Assembly: GCA_048213135.1 (NCBI GenBank)
Contig: PS015081.1
Location: 229,546-249,545 of the forward strand
Length of the DNA: 20,000 nt
From: Reclinomonas americana ATCC 50394
Lineage: Eukaryota
Direction of reading: 5' to 3'
The stretch's first letter is position 1; each line of letters opens with the position of its first letter. The notes beneath the pieces are model-generated. The model had not been told where the DNA came from. It made no database searches and saw only the letters and a program-made list of their open reading frames with translations. The position numbers and the translations under genes were made by a program. Shown here piece by piece: positions 1 to 9,137 of this stretch.

Positions 1-572
1 GAGTGTACAGCACGCAACGAGTGGTCCTTGCCCATGAAGAATTGACCTGCACGCGTACACAGAGAGCGCATATCAGCGATGCATCTAGCAAACAAAGAGA
101 AGGATATCCACCGACGCACCCTCGGTGAAGGTGATGCGATCGTACGAAACCGGATTCAACAGCGTGTCCGTATGCAGCGGACCATATATCGTGGCCGACG
201 AGCGCTGCAGTCGACATACAATGAACATACGCACTCGCACACTGAGAGAGACAAGGAGGAAAAGCGACGGAACTGTGTACGGGAAGATCACATCGGCATC
301 GAACACGCCGGCACCCGCACGAATCGGGATAAACATCCGTGGCCTACAACACAGACATGAGTCTCAGTCTCTCTCACACACGCACACGCTCACTCACACA
401 CTCACCTCTGCTTCGGCTGGTACTGCACACAAGGCGCCTCTTCATGCTCAACAACTTCCGCCTCTTCCTCCTCCTCCTCTTCCACCACATGCTTGCGTCG
501 CTTTCGATGCGGCTGTGGCACACAATCGCCGTCACGCTGCGTGCTGAACGAAAGCACACGCTCGACTTCCAT
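1..572 (-). CDS. Hypothetical protein, 5' part, multi-exon; runs off the window start
   Basis: ATG at 572 (MEVERVLSF...EEEEEEE...QPKQR), GTGAGT donor near 404, TAG acceptor with exon from 343 (PRMFIPIRAGAGVFDAD), exon 204-120 (RSSATIYGPLHTDTLLNPVSYDRITFTEG), exon 46-1 (QFFMGKDHSLRAVH). Phases are consistent; the donor between 343 and 204 is uncertain. No family recognised. Confidence 0.6.
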
Positions 573-649
573 TCTCTCTCGCACAAAGAAGCAAAAGGCA
601 CGCGCTAACGGACATGACTCACTGTGCGCTGATTGTCACCTTCGATATT

Positions 650-882
650 TGCGTGTGAGCGCGCGTTGTGTGTGTCTCTGCCTGCCTGTGTGTGTGCGTG
701 TGTGGTCGCGCTCTCTGTGTGTGCCACTCCACGCGACACACGCGCGCGCGAGCAAATGGAGGCCGCTGTGAGAGACGGTTTGTCAAGAGCGCAGTCTGTC
801 TCTTTCTTCCTCTGCTTCTCTGCGCGCATGTGTGTGCGTGTGGAGAGACAGTGTGAGAGACAGTGTGTGTATGTGTGTGTGA
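650..882. repeat. Imperfect (GT)n/(GA)n/(CG)n microsatellite clusters in the promoter and first intron
   Basis: Runs such as gtgtgtgtctctg, cgcgcgcgcg and gagacagtgtgagagacagtgtgtgtatgtgtgtgt. Confidence 0.7.
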
Positions 883-3737
883 ATCCGCATCCTCGCGGCA
901 CGCACTCATAATTGGTTCTCATTAATCAATCGTTACAAACCAGCGGTCGACCTATTACGTTCGCAACAACGCGACGCACTGCGTGACGCATTGAGTCAAG
1001 AGCGACAACGGCACTATCGCTCTCTATCGCGGACACGAGGACCTCCACAGTTGTTGCCGCAGCCGTACCACACTCACTCGCACCTCCGATCGACGTCGGC
1101 AGAGGAGGAGGCGCACGAGGTGTCGCAGTTGGGAGGTGGTGGAGGTGGCGGTGGAAGTGGAGCAGCTGCAGCAGTCGATGTCGCTGCGATGATGATGACT
1201 GGGGTGCCGCCGGCAAGCTCGTTGAAGATTCGCAAGCGGCATGTTCCCGGGCAGTGGAGACATGCGGCAAAGGTCCCCTCGGTGCGCCCCCCTCTGGTCG
1301 CTGTTCTCGCGTGTGTGCGTCTCTCTCACGTCTTCCCCTCCGCGTGTGTCCGTAGAACCTGTCGGACGGTGTCACTTGGCAGCAGGTTGCCGCCAATCTC
1401 TCTGGTATTGAGAAACGGAGTGGTGTTTTTGAAGCGCGTGGAGGGTGCTCGAGCTCACTCTCGTGTGTGCAGATGGTTCGTCGGCGGATGAGTATGTGCG
1501 ACAGTGGCTGGATACGGGCATGGGTGGAAGGTGTGTAGTGGGTGTCGATGATGCAAGTGAGACGAATGGCGGTGGCAGTCTGCGATGCTAATGCTGGGAG
1601 GACGCAGAATGCTGCGGAGACCGCCATTGGCGCTGACGGAGCGCGGGCTCATCTCGTGTCCGCCGCACGCTGTGGAGGTGCCTGACATGAGTGACTCTCG
1701 TGCCACCCGCGTGGCACGACCGCCACCGGTTGCGTTGACGAGGTTACCGAATCAGAACATCTTTCTGGAGAATGGTCACGGCTCGCGGCCGGGCTCAGTG
1801 CGGCAGGAGATTAGCGAGGCCGGCGGCGTGCTGGAGGGCGGCATTGGGCCGTCGGCAGTGGCCAATCCGGCACTGAGCAGTACACTGTTCAGTCCGCAGC
1901 CGTTGACGACGGCCGTGGCCGCCGCCGCAGTCGCCGCCGCTGCAGCTGCAGCTGCCGCCACGAATTTCAGAGTAACAGCCGGAGCCAAGTCTGATCTTGG
2001 TCTGGATGCAGGGGGGATCACGGGAACCCGATTGGCGCCAGAGCGAGTGCGCAGTCGCTCGCTACTATCACATTGGCCGGCGGCTGTTCACGAACTGTAT
2101 CCCGTATCTGAATTGCAACTGCAAGCGAGCGGAGTCGCCGCGGGCACCAGCAGCACTCTGGAGATGTTTGTGAACCACATTCCCAATGCGCTCCCGCCCT
2201 CGCCCACACGAAGCGGTCCAAGTTGCGCATGCTGCTCTCGTGGATGACCCTGTCTGTGCTTGCTGCTCATTTGGCGATTTATTGCGTTGTAGCTGCCATG
2301 GCACCACGCAAGCACCACCGACTGACGTTGCAGAACACGGATGGCCTGATGGAGACCATGTTGTCGCCGACTGCGGCTCGACCACCCGCTGGCGCGGACT
2401 CTGACCAGCAGCGACATTACGGCAAGGTCAGTTGTGCAATCCATCAAGCACGTTGGCGGCTTCCCCTCACTTTGGAAAACAACATAGGGACCACACCACC
2501 ATCACCACCACCATCACCAAAAGCAGCCGCATGAGGGTCCGCTGGATTTCGTAGTTGCTGCTACCTCGGCGGCCAACGCTTCTGGCCGGCACCCGCTTCT
2601 CGAAGTCGGCAACGCCCAGTCGCTGCCGGAGCTCAGACCACTCGTCGCACCACAGCCGCGTTTTCCCGGCATTCATCCCCCATTACATGCACCGCAGCGT
2701 GTGGAGCACGTGCGTGAGTCGGACCCCGGACACTACTCGCCGAAACTCGAAAGCGTGGACATTTTGGCGCGGCTCGTGCGCTCCAAGCACACGAACAGCA
2801 GTCCGCATGTGGCGCTCACCGCCGGTGCGTCGCTGGAAAAGTGCTGACATTCGCAGTTGACGCCATGCATGCTGACCGTGTGCTTGTGTGACAGCAATTG
2901 CGACGACGGCGAATGCCTACAAGAGACTACGAAGGAAACGACCGCCCATTGTCGACGTGTCGTACCTGAAACGGGAGCCGGCATTGCGGTGCGTAAGTGT
3001 GTGTGCACAGGCGCGTCGTCTGTTATTGAGCTTTCACTGATTCGCTCGCCCCTCTGACCGCAGCGGCCGCGTGGTGGCCCCATTTACTGTGGTCGACGAG
3101 AGGCAGAAGGAGGACTCGATCCGTGCGCTGATGCCGCGACCGCACTCCCTGACGCCACTTCAGGCCGCAGACGTGGAAGAGGAGAGCAACGGGGTGAGTG
3201 GAGCGAGGTGCTCGACGAAGGAGTAAGTTGCGACTGACATGCTGTCGCAGAGCCTGTCCTCGGACGATGACAGCATCTCGGCGTCTCCGTGCTCTCCCCC
3301 CGTGATTCCCACTCTTTCTGCCGACCAGCAGTTGCGTGACTGCACGTGCGGTTCCATGCGTGTCTGTGTGTTGTTGACGTATTCGTCTGCGTGCAGTGAC
3401 CCACCTGCGAGAATAAGCCGCGGGCACGACATGCCGTCGGCGCTGACGGGTGCCGATTTCGCGGAAGACTTGACCTCGTGGGAGGATGCTGACGGCGACG
3501 ACGGCGCAGGTCTTTAATCGTCCTTGTTCTTGCACTCGGATCGCAAGTTGTGTTCACACGATGCTCTGTCGCGCAGAGATCGCACGGTGGCAAAACGGCG
3601 AGCTCAGCGACGAAGCCAACGACGGGGACGATGAGGCCGACAATGGCGGTAACTATGGCGAGGGTGATGACGACGACGATGGTGACGACGACGACGACGA
3701 CTATGACGACTACGACGACGATGACGATGAGAGATAG
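756..3737 (+). CDS. Hypothetical low-complexity protein, about 712 aa, 12 exons (poly-G, poly-A, poly-H, acidic Asp tail)
   Basis: Exons 756-777, 944-1281, 1356-1404, 1473-1530, 1608-2215, 2293-2426, 2488-2824, 2895-2988, 3064-3193, 3251-3345, 3397-3509, 3577-3737 join through GT-AG introns into one open frame of 2139 nt, from MEAAVRDAVDLLRSQQ to DDDDER-TAG. Several introns show CTRAY-like branch sites. Confidence 0.7.
3666..3731 (+). repeat. (GAC/GAT)n trinucleotide run encoding a poly-Asp tail
   Basis: gatgacgacgacgatggtgacgacgacgacgacgactatgacgactacgacgacgatgacgat. Confidence 0.85.
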
Positions 3738-3765
3738 CAGTGTACTATAAGCTGTGGTTATACGA

Positions 3766-4124
3766 TCACTGTCTCCCGGCGTTCTGCAACCAGGCCACAA
3801 CAAAGGACGCCACGTACAGCCACGGCCAGCTGTCGCCATCCTCCGCCGTCGCCTGCTCTCCTCTATCACTGGCATGGTTATCATTGTCTTCGTCGGCGCT
3901 CTCACCACCGCCAAAGCCGCGGAACAGGTTCTCAAACAGCGACGAGAAGAACGGCTGACGACGCTGGCGTCGCCACTTCTCCTGCCACTGCTGATACTGC
4001 TCCTGCTGCATGTCTCTCCAACGCTGGTACTGCTGCTGGCGATGTGATCCGGCGCCTGCACCCACATCATCCCCATACACATCGTAGTGCTGTCGCTTCT
4101 CTGGGTCCGACAGCGTCTCGTATG
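3766..4124 (-). CDS. DnaJ/Hsp40 J-domain protein, 3' part, with a hydrophobic C-terminal segment; 5' end lost in the gap
   Basis: After a polypyrimidine-CAG acceptor (4125-4127) the frame reads AYETLSDPEKRQHYDVYG, the typical end of a J domain. It continues through a Q/R-rich linker, FFSSLFENLFRGFGGG and SWPWLYVASFVVAWL to TGA at 3766. The HPD motif is not visible. Confidence 0.8.
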
Positions 4125-4224
4125 CTGCAGCAGAAGGCATGAGGGGCACGAGGGAAGAAGAGAGAGTGCGCGAGAGCNNNNNNNNNNNNNNNNNNNNTGT
4201 GCGTTGTCGTGTGTCAATGCATAG

Positions 4225-4613
4225 AGCAGTGCGACTTTGCCGAGGCTGCAAGCGCAGCGGTGGATCGACGGCGCCACGTGGCTCGACGTCGTTTGGATTC
4301 CGAGTTGTCAGAGATTGTCGTTTTTTGTTGCTCCTGATCCTCACGTGAGACCGTCGGGCAGCTCTTGCAGCAGGTACGCTCGGCGCTCCATGAACCGCGC
4401 CCACTCGTCGTGCTCGATGCCGGAGCCGAAGCTGTGTGTTGGTCAGCTGCGCCGGGAGAAAGAGCGCAACGCGGTGTGGTGTGTTCGCAACTCTTTCGGC
4501 TCGCGTCGTCCATGTGCGCACTCGCGGACGCGAAAGACAAACGCGAGGCGGCTTTCGCACGCCTCAAAGAGACACTCGCGCAACATGATCACGGTCTCGT
4601 TGATCACTGGTAG
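4225..4613 (+). CDS. Hypothetical protein, 3' part (two exons); 5' end lost in the gap
   Basis: Exon 4225-4290 (SSATLPRLQAQRWIDGATWLDV), intron 4291-4361 (GTTTGG...GGGCAG, branch-like CTGAT/CTCAC), exon 4362-4613 (LLQQVRSALHEPRPLVVLDAG...HGLVDHW-TAG). Confidence 0.5.
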
Positions 4614-7572
4614 CGCGTCGACGTGCACCGAGGCCTGCGCACGACGTCGATTAAGCGCTCGATGAAACGTAACGACTGCGAGACGCACCACGAACACACC
4701 AGCGTAATTACAGAGGCGATGGCCTCCTCGTACGTTGATACCTCTTGCAGGATGCGGTGACTGGAGAAGCTCATGCGGGCGCCGTCGGCGCTGGAGGTAC
4801 TTCGTCGCAGCTCCTTGGTGAAATCGCCCAGCACACCGCTCAGCGCCCTGCCAGTGCATTGAGGGACTTGCCACAAAAGACACTGCGTGTGTGTGGCGTG
4901 TCCCTCCACTCACCGCGCGTCAGCCTCTCTCAGTCGCATGTACATGCTTCCGAGCTGGTGCAACACAAAACCAACCTGCGCTCTCGCGGTGACCATGTCC
5001 AAGTAGTGTCGACGCCGATCGCGCTGCATACACATATTGTGGTGAATGTCGGACCCTCCGACTCGGAGAGCGTGCAGAAGAGCCTTACCAGTGCCGCGAG
5101 AGACTCCACACTCAGCAATGCCAGCTCCTGCTGGTCTGCGTGGCCACCAAAGGCTTCCAGGTCGAGAGGTTCGAATCCAACACCGATCTTGCGCAGCGCT
5201 GTGCGACAACAACGTGCGTCAGGCCTGCATGCGGCCACTGCATCCCCCTCAAGTCAACAACCAACCTTGCAGCTGCGCCTCTCCGTCGAGTGCAGCAAAG
5301 CCCTCAAGCGCCGGGTCCAACGACTGCGCCATCGCCAAGCACAGATCCATCGAGTCGCCGACCGGCACCTCCGTCGACGCAGATGCCGACGACTCTGCAA
5401 ACGAACCCCACCACATCTGTTACATCAAACGACACCTCACGAGAACAACGCAAACGGCACCGCCACAGTACGTACCACTCGATGAGACCGACGAGACAGG
5501 CGACGGCGACCGCGATCGTGTGGGAATGACACGGATCCCATGTCGATTCTGCGTGCGAGGGAAGTGAGCGCTGCAGCACAATCGTCTCACACATGAGCTC
5601 GCACGAAACAAGGTAGTCGGTCCACAGTGCATGCTGATCCAGTGGCTACAAGACAACTGTGAGAAGGCGCCATGAAAAGAACCTCCACAGTCTTGATCGT
5701 CGACGCAACTGTGCGCAAGAGGTCCGAGGGGATGCACAGCAGTGAGGCCTTCATACGAAACGCCTGCACCTTGTCATCTTCTTCACCACCGTCTGCACGA
5801 TGATCGTCGACATCAATGACGACTTGTCCTCGCGCCACCAGCGACAGTGATCGCACATAGTGCAGATTGCCGGCGGGCACCAGGCGACGCGCATGACTGG
5901 GGCCACTCTCAGTGCCCACTGGCATCAACAGTTCCACCACGCGAAGGTCCTCCAGTTGCGTGGGTGTGCGCACTGCGGGGGAGGTGATGACATGAGGAGG
6001 CAGAGCGCGGGAACTTTGAAACACGCGCAGACACACTGACCCGCATGAGTCCAGCCGCTGAATGTAAGGCGATTGCTCACTGGTAGCTCGTGCGGCAGAC
6101 GGCACTGTGCCGAGGAGAGAGAGGGCGCACGATCGTGTGCCGATGCACTCGCCGCCATCATCTTTGTTGCTCGGAAATACAGTGATTCGCGCCAAAAAAA
6201 CACTGTACATTCTGCGTTCCCGATCAACGTCGCGCGGTGCCCCTGTCGCCACCGTACGGAAGCGCACTGGCTGTTACTGCGCCGGCAACGGTGGAGGCAT
6301 CGGCGAGCTCCGGCAGCTGCTGTTGCACTTGGTCTCGTCGTGAGTAGAAGCGCTTCCACTCGTCGATCTCGAACGAGGCGCCCAGGCTGCGCAAACGAGA
6401 CCTCGTCAGAACTCCCCCACAACCTATCCCTCTCCCGAATGGTGCGCAACTCCTTGATGGATTTGTTGCCGCTCATCACGGCCGTGCGAAGTCTCTCCAA
6501 GAACGCCAGTCGCGCCTCGCAATTGTCGTCCAGGCAGTGCCACAGCAGGATCACCGTGCGGTCCGCCGGCAGTGTCTCGGCATGCGTTCTCGCCTGTGTG
6601 CGCCCGTCCGCGCGGGTGTTGAGAGAGAGAGAGAGGAGGGAAGGCGAGAGCGACATGGATGGACGCAAGCGCAACGTTTTGACGAATGTGCATAATGGCC
6701 CTCTCGTAATCGTTGATCTCCTTCAGCAGCCTGTCGGAGAGCTTGGCCGCCAGGCGCGCCTTGGGATCCACCAGTGATAGACGAATGTCGCGCACAACGT
6801 TGCCCAGAACGCCTTCGCGATAACTGAATGAGGGGGAAAGAGAAAGGAAGAGAGAATTGAGAGGAGGAGAGGGGGAGAGGGCGAGGGGGGAAAGGGAGGG
6901 TGGGAGGGAGAAAGTGTGAGGGGGAGCAGAGGGAGAGAGGGAGAAGGGGAGAGGGAGGGGATAAAGGGGAGAGAGAGAGGAGGGAGGGAGTAAAGGGAGA
7001 GAGAGAGGAGGGAGGAGAGAGAGAGAGGAGGAGAGAGAGTNNNNNNNNNNNNNNNNNNNNNNNNNNNNNNNNNNNNNNNNNNNNNNNNNNNNNNNNNNNN
7101 NNNNNNNNNNNNTGCAGACACACACACACCGTAGCCAGTGAGCGCCAACTCGCGCATCTCAGGCGTCGCTTGTTCCATGTGAGCGGGACCCGCAGCACCC
7201 GCTGTGTCACTGTCATTAAGTCCCGATCCAGCGCTGTCGAAGGCAACCAACGCGACGCACGCACCTACTTCACGCAACACCGGCAGTCCCTCCAGCGCCT
7301 CATCTACTCTCCACGGATCACCGTCGCCCACTCGTTTCTTCACGATACACACCCACGTAATCAGTACAGCGGCAACCGCCAAGTCGTCGAAGCACACAAA
7401 CTCACCACGTAATCCCGCCACATTACGTGCTGATCAAGAGGCTGCAAAAAACGAACATGAGCAGCTGGTAATCGTCAGCCGTGTGATGGTAGTCAACGAG
7501 AAGCACGCAACTGTCTTGTGTGGATCCGCGGGAATGCAGACGAGAGAGCCAGACACGTTGAACAAGGTCTCC
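4604..7572 (-). CDS. Long multi-exon hypothetical protein (possibly more than one gene), interrupted by a gap; no domain recognised
   Basis: Protein-like exons bounded by GT/AG: ETLFNVSGSLVCIPADPHKT | PLDQHVMWRDYV | KRVGDGDPWRVDEALEGLPVLRE ... YREGVLGNVVRDIRLSLVDPKARLAAKLSDRLLKEINDYERAIMHIRQN | ARTHAETLPADRTVILLWHCLDDNCEARLAFLERL ... KIGVGFEPLDLEAFGG...LAAL | RDRRRHYLDM...ADAR | ALSGVLGDFTKEL..., with TGA at 4604. Exon boundaries in 5240-6400 are uncertain. Confidence 0.55.
6829..7040. repeat. Polypurine (GA/GGA-rich) low-complexity tract of about 210 bp abutting an assembly gap
   Basis: Almost exclusively G and A on the + strand; intronic polypyrimidine on the coding (-) strand. Confidence 0.9.
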
Positions 7573-7574
7573 TG

Positions 7575-7664
7575 TGGGAGAGAGTGAGAGAGAGGGAGAG
7601 AGAGAGGGAGAGAGAGGGAGAGGGAGAGGGAGTGACAGAGAGGGAGAGGGAGTGTGTTGTGTGT
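7575..7664. repeat. (GA)n/(GAGGGA)n then (GT)n microsatellite abutting a gap
   Basis: gagagagtgagagagagggagagagagagggagagagagggagagggagaggg...gtgtgttgtgtgt. Confidence 0.85.
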
Positions 7665-7907
7665 NNNNNNNNNNNNNNNNNNNNNNNNNNNNNNNNNNNN
7701 NNNNNNNNNNNNNGACGAGCAGGGCACACAACGAAGATCACAAGGATAAGAGACAATACACTTCGCGAGTCAATTTCGCACACACTCTCTCTCACGCACA
7801 CACACGCACACTTGGATGACGACTAAGGTGCGTGCGTGTTTGTGGTCGCCTGCTCTTTCTCTCTCTCTCTCTCATTGCGTGTTTTCGACACAGGTCGCAC
7901 AAGCACA

Positions 7908-9019
7908 ATGACAAGCAAGGCTTGCGCACTCTCCTGCTTGTTTGTGGCCGCTGTCTGTGTGTCTCATGGTTTCCGCAGGTCTTGAAAAGATGTGCATATC
8001 CAACTGGAAGGGTCGCCATCACTCCGGATGGTCGGTACATTCTGAGTGGGAGTAAGGACACCACAATCCGCGTGTGGTCACTGGCAACCGGAGTGGAGGT
8101 GCGACGACTGGAGGGACACACTGAATGGGTGAATTCTGTCACCACCACCCTCGATGGTCTGCACATCGTCAGTGGGAGTGAAGACACCACTGTGCGACTG
8201 TGGTCTCTGGCAACTGGCGAGGAGATGCAGCGATTGGTGGGGCACACTTCTGGGGTGCGGTGTGTTGCTGTCACTCCCGATAGCCAGCACGTGGTGAGTG
8301 GAAGTAGCGATAAGAGCGTTCGAGTGTGGTCGCTGGCGAGTGGTGATGAGGTGCGACGGCTGGATGGGCACACTCTAGTTGTGCGTTCTGTCGCCATAAC
8401 ACCCGATGGTCAGTACGTTGTGAGCGGCAGCATGGACAACACAATGCGAGTGTGGTCGCTGGCGAGTGGCGAGGAGGTGCGATGCATGTAAGGCCACACC
8501 AAGACTGTGATGTCTGTCGCTGCCACGCCGGATAGTCTGCACATTGTCAGTGGCAGCTATGACAGGACTGTGCGAGTGTGGTCACTGGCGACTGGCAAGG
8601 AGGTGCGACGGTTGCAGGGGCACGCTGATGGAGTTCTATCGGTTGCCGTGACTCCCAACGGGCAGTGCGTTGTCAGCGGAGGTTGCGACAAAACAGTTCG
8701 AGTGTGGTCTGTGGAGAGTGGAGACGACGTGCGCAGGTTGGAGGGGCATACTGACTGGGTGTGGTCCGTCGCCGTCACTCCCAATGGCCAGCATATTGTC
8801 ATTGGCAGCGGAAAAAGGACGGTACGAGTGTGGTCAACGCCACGCGGGCTCGCACAACAGGAGGTGTCTTCAGCGCGATTGGCCGTGCAGGCCGTCAATG
8901 AGATTTTTGGCGACGAGGATGGTCGTGACTGGGTGCTCGTCGATGTCGTGTTGCGGTGTTTTGTGCTGGAGGATGCAAGAGCGATTGAACGGCGGGCGAT
9001 AGAGTGGTGGTCAATGTGA
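7908..9019 (+). pseudogene. WD40-repeat protein, copy 1 (7 repeats plus C-terminal helical tail) with an in-frame TAA; probable pseudogene or readthrough allele
   Basis: Mini-exon MTSK 7908-7919, intron 7920-7978 with a GC donor, then seven 42-aa GH...SGS.D.TVRVW repeats. TAA at 8489-8491 (EVRCM*GHTKT) occupies the position where other repeats have E/Q/K/D/V, and the same frame continues to TGA at 9019. Repeat 1 is degenerate (VLKRCAYPTGR). Confidence 0.75.
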
Positions 9020-9137
9020 TGCCTGTTGTGGAGAGTGTGCCGCCACTCGCTCAAGATCTCTGGTGCATACCGTGCCCCTACTTCCTACTGCCTTTATTGT
9101 ATCTGTGGTTGCTGACGGAGGCCTCGTGTGGCTGTGG

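Noticed and set aside
4310-4365. Apparent selenoprotein CxxU motif (EIVVFCCS-TGA-SSRETVGQLL, TGA at 4335) in frame with the downstream exon
   Set aside because: The TGA falls inside a well-formed intron (4291-4361) with a T-rich tract and branch-like CTGAT/CTCAC. A phase-consistent model needs no Sec, and no SECIS was identified.
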